A stretch of 62,790 bases of DNA, filler included, from Choristocarpus tenellus KU-1152 (taxonomy: Eukaryota; Protista; Phaeophyceae): NCBI GenBank assembly GCA_964200185.2. It is 10 parts of 10 records of this genome, joined end to end, with 100 filler letters (N's around TTAATTAATTAA, not from the genome) between each part and the next. Parts side by side here need not be neighbours in the genome. Positions count along the whole stretch, not along the records: positions 21,563 to 28,605 come from CAXNAD020006799.1; positions 28,706 to 32,720 come from CAXNAD020016659.1; positions 32,821 to 36,828 come from CAXNAD020016692.1; positions 36,929 to 50,409 come from CAXNAD020001478.1; 6 more parts are not named here. One strand, written 5' to 3'. This document shows positions 24,675 to 38,998 of this stretch, one piece after another. The notes beneath the pieces are model-generated. The model saw only the letters and a list, made by a program, of their open reading frames with translations. It ran no database searches and was not told where the DNA came from. A program made the translations under genes and the position numbers. The first letter of the stretch is position 1, and each line of letters begins with the position of its first letter.

Positions 24675-24984
24675 CTAATTGGCTAACACAACTTGCTATG
24701 ACGCATTGACACTTATGTCGACAGCACGATTTCATCCCTCCATTACTTAGCATTTTTTTCCTTTTTGTGAGTGCACACATTATCGTGGTCGATCAAAAAA
24801 CATGCCTACTTAGACTTGTTAACAAACATGACAACCCTGACACTTTAGAGTTAGCGTCCGAGACAGATTGTTTTGCCTACTCATTAATTTCGTGTTCTGA
24901 ATGGTGTTATCTTTTTTCAATGGATTGAATAAATTGGGAGAGAAGTAAAGGAGACTTACCCCACCCTTATGACAGGAATCAGGG

Positions 24985-25055
24985 CATACATACATACATA
25001 CATACATACATACATACATACATACATACATACATACATACATACATACATACAT
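24985..25055 (+). repeat. (CATA)n microsatellite, about 18 units
   Basis: Read directly from the sequence. Confidence 0.95.
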
Positions 25056-25285
25056 GCTGCATGTGGTACATCTAGTCCTTCTGATCTTTGTTTCTCCACA
25101 AAGACGTGTCATCATTCTCATTCTTATAACAGGACACATAATACTTGAATTATGTACATTTATTTCTACCCTTCCTACCCAGTATTTGTATTTTATATTT
25201 TGTTAGAACAATTGATCAGTTACTACTTTCTGCGTCAATTTGCCTTCGTCCATCAACAGCAGCAACACCACCACCACCACTACTA

Positions 25286-25406
25286 GAGTGGAACAAGGAT
25301 ACTGACACTTCCTAACAAACATGATAGCCGAAATTACATCAAAATCGCAACATTGGATTTTGGACCCCAAATGGACGCGGCTCTACCCTCTAAGATACTT
25401 TGACTC
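25286..25406 (+). mobile_element. MITE family A, internally deleted copy
   Basis: The GAGTG start is fused directly to the right half, which ends TACCCTCTAAGATACTTTGACTC. Confidence 0.8.
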
Positions 25407-28400
25407 CTACTACTACTACTATTGTAACGACACAGTGTGATTTGAGGGTAAATGTTGGATACGACGGGTTGAGTGGATTCCAGCACACGTGAATATTTTT
25501 TACCTAGTCTTCTTCGTGCTTTGGTTGTTGTGAACATCTACTCTCAATGTTGTCCTCCTCCTGTGCTTATTGGTGGATGAGGTACAACTGCTCACATCAC
25601 TACTATTATTCCATTGTTTCGGTTACGTTTTTCTGTTTCAAAGTTATTTTTTTTGTTTATAGTGTTCTAACTTTTTTTTGTCGACCTGACCTCCTTTTTG
25701 TACAACCCATGTTTCAACCATCATCACTGCTTTCAGACTTGGTCGACAGGACACTTGACTCAGGCATCGTGACAGAAAACCGATTGCCGATAATGTGCGC
25801 ATCTTCATCATGTTGCCGCGGTTGTCCCTATCGACCTCTCATAATAATCACTATTCGTTTGTTATACTTAAGATATCAGGATAACCCCCACCACAAAAAC
25901 ACTTTGACGTCCCCCCCCACTCGCGTCATAATCGGTGTTGTTTCTAGTACTATCATTATTAACCCTTTGTGTTCAACTTTTTCTTCTCCTTTCTGTGAGT
26001 TACCACAGATTCCTGTTTGTTGTGGTTGCACACATGAATTTTGTATCTAGGTGGGATACGAATGTAATAGAAAAATTTGTTCAAAGAAACGTTTATTGCC
26101 CTTCTTGTTGATGCATGATGAGTGAATGGTATCCTTTTCCTACATCAGCACACCCAACAAAGAGAGCTTTGACCTTTTTCATCCCTTCACCGTTACTGCC
26201 ACTTAGTAGAACTACTGCTGTAGGTACATGTTCATTGATCTTGCGAGATGCATGATGATGATGATGTGCAGAAAGCGTGGATGATATTTTTATTGTAAGT
26301 GTTAGTCCTGACCCTAAAGCCTCCTCCCCTCCTGTTCTTCCAACACCACTCACTTTATGTTGTCTTCGTCATCCTTACCAGGCTTTTTTTGTTGTTATTG
26401 ATACTCTGTCTTGTAGCAGTAGTAGCAGCAGTTGTAAGTCGTAATGGTCGTATTGGTACAGAAAACAACACAGGTTCGAACACAACATACGAGGTTACGA
26501 CAAAACAAGGAAACCAGAAATCATTATCGCCACCAAGTGAGGTAGCTACAACATGCCTTAAAATAACAACAGAGGACACACTCGTACACAACACAGCACG
26601 AGATTAGGACCTATTTTAACCTCTCCAACACCAATAAACTACAATAATATCCATGAAAAAGTCCACATCGGTTTTGTCTTTATGAGCCCAACAGCCCTCC
26701 ACCAAAAACATCTCTCTGAATGTCGCTCTGGGTTTCAATGACTAACTCTGGGCTTGAAAGATCCTGCGTTTTTAGTGTTACTCCATGGCAATGGAAACAT
26801 TATTTGGTCTACAGTATCATCCACTTCTTCGTGCCAAGAACAACTCTATTGAGTGACCCAATGAGTGCAAGGTAAGGGGCCTACCTCAATTATGAATTGA
26901 ATACAATATCATTGTCTCCAATTGAAATGAGTATGCCTAGGATATTGCAGGAAGTGTACAACCTCATCAGCAATGGGTATACTGATGTTTCCACCATAAA
27001 AAATAAAAATAAAAAAAATCAAGCAATCCCAGGAAGCACCACTACTACGTATCACATCCATTCAAAATCTCAATAAAAAATGCACGGTCAGTGAAGCACT
27101 ACCAAGGCATAGATCAGGCGATAGTTTTTACTGTACCTCTTTTCCCTACCAGGTGGAGAACTCACTCAGGACACTGATAAATCAACTCTGCCTCAAGGAG
27201 GCTTCCATTCGAATCAATCGCCCTGCATCGCAGCAATTTGATCCACCGGAAGAATAACTAAAATATGAACACACACAACAACCTACACCCAGGACTCACA
27301 CAACAGTTAGGTCCTCGTCCAATAAATTCAAATCAATAAAAAAAGAAAACTCTTCCAAATAGTCAACGCCCCATCGCGAGTAAATCAACAAACACAGAGA
27401 CACGTGCAGGTCAAAACAATACACCCAAAAGTTTCCCCCACTCTAGCTTCTGTTTCGTACTTAAGAAACAAGCACAGTGCTTCAATGTACGAAACGATGG
27501 TACACCTGGAATCAACCCTATCCTTAACCCTAACCCTGATCTTCAGCCCCAGCAACAACAACAGAAAAATAAACAACTGCCATGCTCCCCTATCCCCGTA
27601 ACTCTCAGCAGCTCCTCAATACAATGAAATCTCAGAGTAAACACAGATACATAGAAGCGCACACACTAGGACCCACAGGATTCTCACATCTTTTCATGCC
27701 ATTCACCCCAACCCAACTATATTGTACAGTCAATTTTCAGCAGTATACTAAGAAAAGGCAATATTTGCAGCTTCAACCCCAAACCATACACCCAAGAAAA
27801 TGGCTTTCGAGGAGGGAGGAAGTGGTGAAAAACCTGACTGGGTACGGATTATTCTAATGCCACAAATAAACTTATTCACTTAACAATTACGTTCGCCTAT
27901 ACGCCTTCCATATACAAGAACGACAAATGATTAGCCCATGAAGCACACACTACATCCAAATATTTCAAAAATCCACATAACAAAGCAGCATGTCTGCAGA
28001 CTTGAGTCCTTGCAAACCACACACCCAGTCTAAAAAATGACTAATGTATGTTCAGATTACTCCCCACCTCGATAACTCTGAACTGAAAGTGTTGGAAGTC
28101 CAAGTCCTACTGGTGTGCATGCATTCGTGTGCTTCTAAACTTCACAATAGACCATTACTGTTTGTGGTACCAATCCCCATTACCCTCAGTGTTACCAATC
28201 CCCTTTACCCTCACTACCTGCCCAAAACACTCTCCTGTCAGAGATATTCTGGGTTTTCCATCACACACGAAAAACAAGCAAGTTCTCATGTCCGTGTATA
28301 ACCCTAACCCCAATGAAAGAAGGCAATCTTCTTCCAACATACTGGAATCAACCAAAGAAAGACCTCAACAGCAGCAACCACCTAATCAGATACCTTCTTA

Positions 28401-28705
28401 ACACTCCCAAAAAGCACCTGCATCTATAGGGTTACATCTTCGAACAAACTTGCCTCCTTAAGACACAGCCAAAAACTTAAACCCCAAAGACACCAAGTCT
28501 AACGAATGAGGCAAATCATTGTAACTCCTGACAACCCTTGCCTCTCCCCTTCCCCCCCCCCCCCCCAAACAACCCCAGGCACACCCCCAATTTCATCAGC
28601 CAACCNNNNNNNNNNNNNNNNNNNNNNNNNNNNNNNNNNNNNNNNNNNNTTAATTAATTAANNNNNNNNNNNNNNNNNNNNNNNNNNNNNNNNNNNNNNN
28701 NNNNN

Positions 28706-30823
28706 ATGCACAGACATCTATGTCTTCAAGCGTGTTCTCGCACCTGTTGCCACCAGGGGCATAACATAGGGGGGGGGGGGAATGCAAAGCGCAGACTGCA
28801 CGGTTAAATCATGTTATTTCTGTATCCCGATGGGGTAAATAATACCTTGTGGCATTGAATGTGTCGTTTTAGTGGTACTGGACGAGGGGTTGCAAGGGAA
28901 CATGCATCGAAGTGGGGGCTTAGATACTCGAGCAATTGGTTCCTACTGATACTTGATTATAATATTGAAGGGACGGTTTCCTTACCTAGAGAGCTAGGTT
29001 TCAGCCTCTCCATAAAAGTGCTGAGAAAGTTGTTTTTTAATTATCCTGCATTTGAAGGGCATACTCGCATAGGGCAAGAGCAGGGTGATTGTAACACAAT
29101 CAAATCCAAAATGCACTATCCCTCAATAACAACCTCAAGGGAGATAACGTAATTGACAAGTCAGAATGGGAGGGGGGGAGGGGGGGACTTACGATACAAT
29201 AATAAGCTGCCCGCCTACAGTTCCATCTTCTATGTGGTAATAGGCTTCATCCGGTGTGATCCCAGGGTTCACTACCACCGTACTCATCGGCCAAACACTC
29301 TGGATGTAGCTATAGTACTCCTCATCTGACCGGTAGGGGACATATGTCAGTAGCACAGAAGAAGTGGCAGGGGCAGAGGGGGAGAGGGGGAGAGGGAGGG
29401 CGAGGGAGTATGTCGATCCAAGGATATGGGTCATTGAATAGAAGGGAAGAGTGAACATGTGTTGCTGCTCTCTTGAATCATAGACATTCATATCCCAGTG
29501 CTCAGAAGATGAAAACCTTGATTTAGAACCGACCCACAATGATAGCAAGAACATGCCCCCACCCACTCCCACTAAACCCCGAAATCCAATGCAGTGGTGT
29601 TGACTCACGGATCAGTGTTAGTCCAACGATCCCTTCCAAGTATAATTTTTGGTCTCCTCCAATCACATTCAAGACCATCACACGTAAGGCAGGGCTGGGG
29701 AGTCCACGTACATTTGGAGATATTAGTAGTCACTGTCGGCCCCTCATCTAAAAACACCCCGTCACACATGCCTGTGTAGAGGGACTCATACTGGTCGACA
29801 TCGTTCAGGACGGTTTGGACTTCCCTATGTCCAAACCCGGTTGCCACGTAACAAAGAACCTGTACATAGGGAAAAGTTAAATGCTGAAAAATAATACGCA
29901 GCTAATGAGTTGCAGCTGGGGAGAATGGTATTGAGGAATCGCTATTGGTATCAAAAGAATTCTCCAAGGCCCAAACGTGATGGGAGGTGCAACCGCAAGA
30001 GCCTATTGTACTTATTGCCACCCACCTCCACCCCCGAATCATGAAGATCGATAATGCCATTATCGTAATCTTCGATCCATGAATCCCCGGGACCATTTGC
30101 AGGGTTGATTACTGCACTCATATTGGCGCCCGGGTATTCATAGGCAACATCAACCACACCTAACCAGAAATCACCTGGCGTCAGTGGGTAGTGGAGTGCA
30201 TTGAAAGGAAACGAGGTCGGAGTGAGGGACCCAGGGCGTTAGGGCAGGACAGGGTTGCTCTACGTTCTCAAAGGTCGATCGGAGAGAGAGGAAAAAGGTG
30301 ATACAGCGGCCAAAAGAGCTATTCAGGTAGTTCTTCCAGGCATGCTTGTGGGTAGACAACATGGATCGTTACAACAGCGAAACATTGGATACCGGTGATG
30401 GACTACATTACTCAACCTCGCGCTCGGACCTATTGTTGATCTAGAGGACATAAATCATTCGGAAATCACGGTTTCATCTTCTGTAGGTTCCATACCCCTT
30501 GTGCTCCACGACAGCAAAAGGAGTGAGGAATGCAATAGGCACATTCCCATATAACTTAGTCAATGAGGGGTACATGATTCTGCACTTTGCTCAGATGAGT
30601 ACAAGATGCAGCCCACACCTAACCATGTATATACTAGGTATGGACTAGGGCGAGAAGATAGGGTTTAAGTAAGGGCAGAGGTTTGAAGGCACTTAATCTT
30701 GGGTTTCTTCCAACTCTCACTTGTGGGATAGGCATACAAGGGAATGAGAATGCGCAGCCCTTCTTCAGCATGTCCACCGTACACTAGTGAGGATACCACT
30801 AGTGTGGTTAGACCGATACGCAT
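28706..30823 (-). CDS. Secreted spherulation-specific family 4 (spherulin-4 / GH135 Sph3-like) protein, 3' end lost in a gap
   Basis: Exons 30823-30721, 30174-30026, 29859-29712, 29325-29193 and 28743-28706 (then gap) are phase-consistent. A signal peptide precedes ILIPLYAYP..W, VINPANGPG, VLCYVATG, DGVFLDE, YY.YI, VVVNPG and IIVSCEN, which is the motif series of spherulin-4/Sph3. Confidence 0.88.
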
Positions 30824-32820
30824 CGCTCTCCACCTACAAACACCCCCCTGTAGTCCTATCCACAACAAATGTTGGTTGAGGTGAGGTTTGGTGGATTGAT
30901 TACACGAAGAATGGTAGTGTTTCGGTATAACAAATAGGGTAAAATGAGTCTCCAAGGAACTTCTTTCGGTTCTTTGGTAGAAGTATTACGCATAGAAGCA
31001 TTTGCACTCTAAGATGTGTCACCTGACCTGGTTACCCCGTAAAGAAACCCAAAACATTTTCCTCCTTTTTGTCCAGATTGGTAGGTAAGTTGATCGTATG
31101 AATATGAGAAAAATAGGGCATTGACTTTTTATTAGTTTTTCCCGTAACACATCTGGAAAATGTACAAGAAAACAAAATAAATAAAATATCAAAATTCTCT
31201 TAACAATTTCCCTCTTAGTGATACTGTACCACAAATCAAGCAGAGAGAAAAAAATCACTATTAATGTGTTTTTTTTCTTTGACGCTTCTGACGTATGAGG
31301 GGTAATATGTTATGACATGTGTTGATTCCTCTTTCAACAGTCCTTTGTGTTCTCCCTACAATATCCCTGTCCTGACAAATCTGGAAGATGTTCCTAGAAA
31401 TAATATTATTGTAAAGTACAATATAATGTTGCGGAGAAATATACATTTGGACTATTCGCACAGGATCTTCGCTCCTTCACCTTTATTTAGAACACCCGAC
31501 AAGTAGTGGCAGTTGGGTTTATCTGCATGAATAGGATAATTATTTACAATCACAACCATTCCCAACAATGAATGGTTGAAACACTACAATTACTATTAGC
31601 ACTAATACTCCATACGACAAATATTAGTATTATTACTGTATCACTTGTGACAGGGAAATAGCTTTTCAAGATAAAACACCAACCATACACGCTTGTCGAC
31701 GGATCTCACATCCTTGTCCACCCGTACTCCGTCACATTAATGTGATGGTTCGATATCAAGGTTCGAGTCTTGGTAGCAAAGTTCAAATTTTCCTCACATG
31801 GAATTTGACTTCCTCTAGACCATTATTCTATTATCTAGATTGCGCGAAACCACAAAAAAAAGAGACGAGTGTGGATTGTGGTTTGGAGATTTGTTGTGGA
31901 CGAAGGGAGTACTCACCAGGTTTACTCACCAGCTTCGAGGCAGGTTGAGGGAGGAGGTGGAACGACTACCACCACCTGTCCGGTTGGACGGTTGAACCCA
32001 ACACGAAAGAAGGGAAAATCAACGTATTCAAGGCCACTGCAATAATTAGTTGTAGTGGAACAAAGAGTTCATAGTGCGGAAGGATTCATAGTGTGGAAGA
32101 AGTAACACAGTAGTAGTGTGAACTGGCATCTGACCCACAGGTCGAGGGGATGCATTAGGTTGGGAGCGGAGGAGGTAGTGGAGAGCAAGTTCCCACACTG
32201 AATAAAGTGAGCAAATAACAAGACGTATCATGACTGACATAGGTTCAAAAGACGTTTATCACAAACGCTCCGCAAGCTTACCATGATGGAATACGTAGCT
32301 CCAATAATCAACAAGTCTGTAGGCAGGTGATGAGGCTCGTAGAGGGCACGGAAATATCTCCAAACAAACATACTGGATCTCTCTCACTTTGATTATACAA
32401 TTATTACTTTGGGTTATACAGAAAGGACTGCCACGAAGGGCATGGCAGGTGTGTTATCTTGCAACGACTAGATAATAAAGAAATAGTCGAGAAGTACAAA
32501 TATATAATCTAAGACTTCAAAGTCAAAATGACGTTTATGAAACCGCCATTAAGACCCATCGTCTACGACATTACTCCCTGACATAAACCGTAATTGCTTC
32601 GACGCGAAGAACACAGGCAATTGGACAAGGAAATAAAATGTCACTGGGTCAAAGTATCTGGGGGGGGGGGGGGGGGGGGGGATGGGAGACAAGGCAGTCG
32701 GGTCGTCACGCCCGGTATCCNNNNNNNNNNNNNNNNNNNNNNNNNNNNNNNNNNNNNNNNNNNNTTAATTAATTAANNNNNNNNNNNNNNNNNNNNNNNN
32801 NNNNNNNNNNNNNNNNNNNN

Positions 32821-32977
32821 GGTGTGTGGTAACTGTCCATTTGGGAACAATTTTTTAATGTCGCAGTTTTGGGGGGATTTGGTTGCATACGTTAGATAAT
32901 GTCAGTGCACTTTCCTGGTTACTGGGCAAATGGACATCCTGGTGAAGACCCCCCCCCCTTCCCAGATACTTTGGGTC
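32821..32977 (-). mobile_element. MITE family B truncated by a gap
   Basis: CTGTCCATTTGGG...CCCAGATACTTTGGGTC. Confidence 0.85.
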
Positions 32978-33812
32978 TGTTGCATACTATTCGGTGTTGA
33001 GATGAGTGAGTGATCAACTTGGTATGGATTAAATGAACCATGTCAGTGTCTATGATACACCTTAGTAACATCCCTACCACTAGTGAATTGCTGTTACATG
33101 ACTCTTTACCCACGCCACACTGTATCTGCAGCTCCACTGGTGGTGTCCATGTGTGTCCCAGCACCTATTGCCAACAGCTTGTGTGGGAGATCGGATACAG
33201 TAGAGTCATGGCTGAGGGCAACAGTTGTGCATACGTAGACGAGAACTTCTAAGCATTGTCGTGAAAGACACGATCAAGTGTGCTGGGGGTGCTGCACCTG
33301 AGAGTGATGACTCTGAAGGGTGAAATGTGCTGGATACTCCGCAGGCAAATTTAAATAGTAGAACCAAGGAAGGCGAGCATCACAGTAGGCTGGTGTTAAA
33401 TGTGGGATGTGAGTGTATGAAGGATACATAGGTTGGGCAAGAAGATTGCACATTATATCTTATCTTGTGAAATATATAATGTACATCCCCCCCACCCACA
33501 TTGTTAAAATATAAAACTACCAAAACTTGCTAATTTTATGTGTCTCATTTACTTCGGCTTGGGGCACTTCGATTTTGGCACGATCCAAGGAATTTGCAGT
33601 ATTCACTGACGCACTGCTTCCCCAGTTTCCCACACTTGCCCCTCCAACAACCATCACCTTCCTATTATTGAGTTGTAGAAATAGACCAGACTTGGTTAGT
33701 GTGGGGACCAACATGAAGGGGATGGAGGATGCGTAGTTGCATTCAACCTAGGATAAACGTGTTTAACCTATGCAAACAAAGTAATGAAGGAGTACACAGC
33801 GAAGGATGAGTT

Positions 33813-33995
33813 CGCTCAAAGAATGGTGGTGGGGGAGGGGGTCTACACCACATTGTCCACTCGGGCCCTGACCAGGAGAAGTGCACTTATATTTTCCATC
33901 CGATGCATGCAATCAAATCACCCAAAAATCAATCGCGACATGAAAAAATGGGCCCCAAATGGACAGCCCTAACCCCCCCTCAGATACTTCGAGCC
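33813..33995 (+). mobile_element. MITE family B with a perfect 4-bp TSD (AGTT)
   Basis: agtt[CGCTCAAAG...AGATACTTCGAGCC]agtt. Confidence 0.88.
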
Positions 33996-36928
33996 AGTTA
34001 TTTGCACACACTTGAAAATTCTCTTTGCTCCCCCTGAGACTGAGGATGAGGCCCCTCGAGTGTTGGAGATTGAAATGAAAATAAAAGAGAACGATGAATA
34101 GCAGGAGTAGGTGGGCAAATAAGTTCATGGAGACATGCCAGCCCTGTAAAGCTTGAAAGAAATTATGAACCAATGACCACAGAACTCTTGGACGTTTCAA
34201 TTCGTGTCAGTGACCCAGGCACTAGTTAACATGGAGAATACCTGTGCTCTCTTTTGCATGCTTTGTATCCCAAATACATTTGCATATTTCAAGGCTATCC
34301 TAACAGTAAATGCTGTGTTTCTCGACTCCTGTTCTATTCCAACAGTACCACCTATAACCTCATAGGAAGCGTCTTAAAATACAATTTCTGGGGACAAATT
34401 CTTCCTTCTCAGATACACGCACAAAAAAAAGGTTTCCCGGCAATGCGTCAATTTCACCCTGTTCCATCAACCTTGAAACTTCTCCAATACCTCCACACCA
34501 TATACTACCTCTTGAAATTCAGCTTTTCCAATTATAACACCAGATGCCTAAGAATCTTGATACCCTAGCCAAAGATACAACCCTCCATCAGTCCTAACGG
34601 TCACCTTTTTGGTCAGTTCTATCGCTACATTCTAATTGGTCACAGTTACTTCTTCTGTTCGGTTACAGGTGTACACCTCGCATTGTCTCATTTCCATGTT
34701 GTAATTCCAGTACACCAGAGTGAGGCAACAAGTACTTGATAGTGTGATGACATGGATGCATCACATACGATATAAACTGTTTCGTCAAAATAGTGCTGCC
34801 CATACCTCACACATTTCCAGCATTAACACCCTCCCACCCCCCATCCCCATGACCAATCAATGGAAAATATTGCAGTACCTATGAAATGGTCTATTCAACA
34901 GCGTGCACACAATACAATACACCAAAAAATACGCTAGTCCCCCATTTCCTCAGTTCTCTTCTCACGGAACGAGAAAAACCTGGTGAGGTGCGTAGCAGAG
35001 CAAGCATTGATACCACTTGTTCTTCCGGACTCAACATCAATATTTTTCAATAAAAACGTGTGCTGCCTCTTCACCCAAGCTGTTGCATTTTCCGCAGGGT
35101 GGAAGCCTTGTTCTATGTACATTGCGGCAAAATATGGTTGGATCAGGTGTATATTGCAAATGAATTGCCTCAAATAAAACGCTCTACATTAATAACAGCA
35201 GAAGGATTACTTTGTACAGTGGAGTCTCGCATCTTTTATCAAGATCAGTGAGTGACAATAAGTAAACACACAGCCTTAGCCAGAATGTTCTTTAAGTTCA
35301 GGCAGGAGTCAACCCAACAAAACCGACAGGGAGAGTCTGTATCAGAGCACTTTAGCAAAAGAGAGATAATTCCGTTTCCTCTATAGAACCTCCATCACCA
35401 GTTCTTTCTGGGAACGAAGGCAAGAAGGTCATTGACCAAAAAAAGGATCACGACAAGTACAAAACTCAACTCATATATATATATATATATATATGTTCGC
35501 CAATTGAATAACTCTGAAGTACCACCTCTTCACTCAGGCAATCTCAATAGTTACGTTACTTTTGTACAGGGAATTCTGAAGGTAGAGAGACGAGGCGCGC
35601 GCGCACACGCATATGATGCCACCAAGTAACCAAGGTCAAACGCAATGGACAAACACACACACACATCTATTCACCAACTCCAATTCCAGTGCCATCGAAT
35701 AGATGTATCCCTCAAATCCATGCCCCAGTATTTGCATGGGAGTCTGTTCATCCAGGACACCAAATGCGCAGATAGCACATCCCCTTCTTCAGCTCACAGA
35801 ACACCAGCCACTAAAGGAACAGCAGGCAACCGAGCAACTGTTGCCAAATTCAATATTCTATGCGTCACAAAAAGACCCTCTCTCAAATTGTGCTCATGCC
35901 CAGGACTCGACAGCGGACACCTTTGTTCAAAAAACATTTTCTATCCAAACCTCCAATCTACATCGATTCAACAATCCTCTCTGGATACATTTCATGCAAT
36001 GACCAACCAACCAAACCTTGACCTCGGCAGGATCAAGGCGAGTTTTTCGTGCACACACACATACAACTTTATTTTCTTCCTTATAATTATACATCCACCA
36101 CGGTTCCAAAAAGGGGTACTGGAGGGGTGGGGGGGAAGGAGGGTAGTATCATACAGACAGAAGGATTCTTCAAGGTATGAGCTCTTAAAAAAGGAAACAC
36201 AGAACAATTCTTCACATTCTGGAGTCCCTTTGTAATATACAGCAGGAAGACCCCCCTTCATTTAAAATCGAAGCACTCTTCTGTGTTTCATACCTGGTAT
36301 ATCCCTAGATACCTTTCATACAAAAAAGAAAAAAAAAATCTGTGCCCAATTTTTCAGGCTATTTTTTCCAATGGACTATACTTTCTTTACAAATAATGAC
36401 ATCGCTCCCTACCCTTCTCAAGCTCTCCTCCTGCTTTAAAACAAAAAAAAAGAGTCGACTCTCCTTGCTCTCCTATTTATTTCCTTTTTGAGAAACTCCA
36501 ACCGAGAACAATCCGACCAGGAGGAAGAGGGGGAGGAGAAGCGTCTGCATCCGACACAAACTGCAGCCTCCGTGCTCTATGGCCCAGTCGAGCCTTATCA
36601 ATGATATGAACAAAATAGTTTGCTTAATGTGGTCAAGGAGAGTTAGACATCATCCCCATCAGGAGCTGTGCTGCACTGTGCATGGGGATGGAGGGGAGCT
36701 GTTTGAAGCGGTTTCGGGTTCCTGCTGCTCAGGTCAAAGTTACACCACAGCAGAAGCGGAGGAGACAGGCAAGGCAAGAAGGGGGAGGGGAGAGGAGGGA
36801 AGGGGGGGGTGGGAGCAAAGTGATGAAGNNNNNNNNNNNNNNNNNNNNNNNNNNNNNNNNNNNNNNNNNNNNTTAATTAATTAANNNNNNNNNNNNNNNN
36901 NNNNNNNNNNNNNNNNNNNNNNNNNNNN

Positions 36929-37445
36929 GTGTGGCCGATATACAAGTTCCCTCGGCGTTTGGGATGTCCCATCGGTACACCACATACCCTTCGGCAAATG
37001 TTCGATCAAAGCTGGGGTCTCTCTTGCCTTATTGTGGGATGTGTGCAAGTGTGAGAAGGTGAAGAATTTTCAAACATGGATTAAGCCAGTCTTCTCAGAC
37101 CAGGAGAAAGTCAACAGGGTGGCTTTTGTCGTCAGCCACACGCACAGGAATGGGGGAGTAGGGGTATTAGTGGACGATCGATATAACCGGGTGGATGTGG
37201 ACGAGAAGTGGTCATATATCCTCAAAGATGGGCAAGGAGTGTACCTGCACCCCGCTGAGGATCCCCCCGATCCCCCACCGGCACAGAATAAGCGTTTCAT
37301 TACAAAGTTGATGTTCCTTGCAGCTGTGACTGGCCCTAGGAAGCTCTCCAGTGAGATGTGATTCGATAGGAACATTGGGATTTGACCAATCGTGGACTGT
37401 GGTGAAGTTCTGGGGTCCAAGGGCGACAAGGTCTTCAAAATTCCC
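36929..37445 (+). mobile_element. Mariner (plant/oomycete-type DD39D) transposase pseudogene fragment
   Basis: WIKPVFSDQEKVNRVAFV...VDVDEKWSY...VYLHPAEDPP...QNKRFITKLMFLAAV..PR...*FDRNIGI*PIV matches the DEKWF, KVMFLAAVARPR and FDGKIGIWP motifs and has in-frame stops. Confidence 0.88.
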
Positions 37446-38998
37446 TATCTTAGCATTGAAAAGGCTGAGAAGGCGAGCAAGCTCCCCCTGAATACCCTGG
37501 TGGGCGTAGAATAATGCTGTGCTGGAATGGAGTTTTGGAAGACTTTGGGTGCAGAATCATAGATCTGTGTGGGCTGCCCTATTTTGCTTGAGATTTTGGT
37601 GGGCAACATTTTTGTGTCTGCGTCCATAAAATATGAACATGTCAAAAAGATGTATTTGATTTAATCTGACTGGAGGAAGTACTCCTTTTTTTGCCTGGCA
37701 ATGGCACAACTATGTTGTTGGTTGGAATTAAGAAACTTGGGCGATAGCCAAACAAAAAATCGTGTTGATCATGTTGTGTAACTCTGGAGCGATGTGCAGC
37801 CCATGCTTCAAGGGGGATGCCACTCAAAGAAATGCACTGGATTGGGCAAGGTGCTAGAATGGGTTTATGGTAGAAGTATTTTCTCAGCCTCAGTGACTGT
37901 AATTATAGGATGACTGGCGCTGTTTCAGCTCTTTTAATAAGAAAGGACATGTGAGGATCTAATGAACACTTTCATCTTGTTTGACATCACGATAAATCTG
38001 TGCTTGTCGAGTAGAATGGTATTAGTTGACAGGGCAGTTATCCTGAATTTTTGGGGGACAGGTTCTGTATGGCTTCAACCCTGATTGTCAGAGTAGGTCC
38101 CACTTCCACTTACAAAATATTGTGGGCAAAACCCCCTTCCCTAGGTATGCAGGAACTCTTAAAGGGAGCAAAACACATATTTTCTTCACAAATTGAGAAT
38201 TTGGTTCATACGAATTTCAGTAATTGTGTTGTGTGCCTTTTTTGCACTGTCGTGGAATTCACCATGTTTTCAAGTTCTTTAATGTTCAAATCATGCAGAA
38301 AAACAGAGGTATCCCTGCAGAAGAGAGGGCAACCAAAAAATAGACCTCAACTGACCAATGACCATTTTTTGTAATGTATAATATTACGTGCTTTGGCGAC
38401 TTCTAGGAAAAATTATCCTGCAACCATGTATACCTATCGGTTGTTTTGACCTCTAAAATGCCAGCAAAGCGAATAAAAAAAAAAAAAACATCTTATCAAG
38501 GCAGAACAGAGTTAGAGAAATAAGCATCAGTGATTGTGAAGACCGTCTGTTGTTGATCACTCCAATAGTTGTAGTCAACCTGGGTTTTATCAATTCTGTT
38601 GCTGAGACTACAACAGATACTTCCATGTCTCGTGATTCTTGAACTACCGATTGGCACCTACCTACCTTGAGTTCAATTTAATACCAACTTTTCCAAATTT
38701 CCTTCCCATAAGTCCTTCACGGTCAGTATATATATATTACCCCTACCTATTATTGAAGCATGTTTTTGGTCATGTAGCATTTCAGACTCTTTCAGGAAGA
38801 ACAAACAGAACGATGTACACATGGAAGCTCCCTGAGGTATACAAAATCTTTTATTAAACAGCATAGAGAGGACATGATGGGAGACAGCAACGAGGAGGCA
38901 AACCTAGTAACACATTTGAGTGTCAATGTGGGGATAGAAGAAGCACCAGATACGTGAAAAGACATGCTTGAAAAGCATCCATTCTGTCCATTCCTGAC

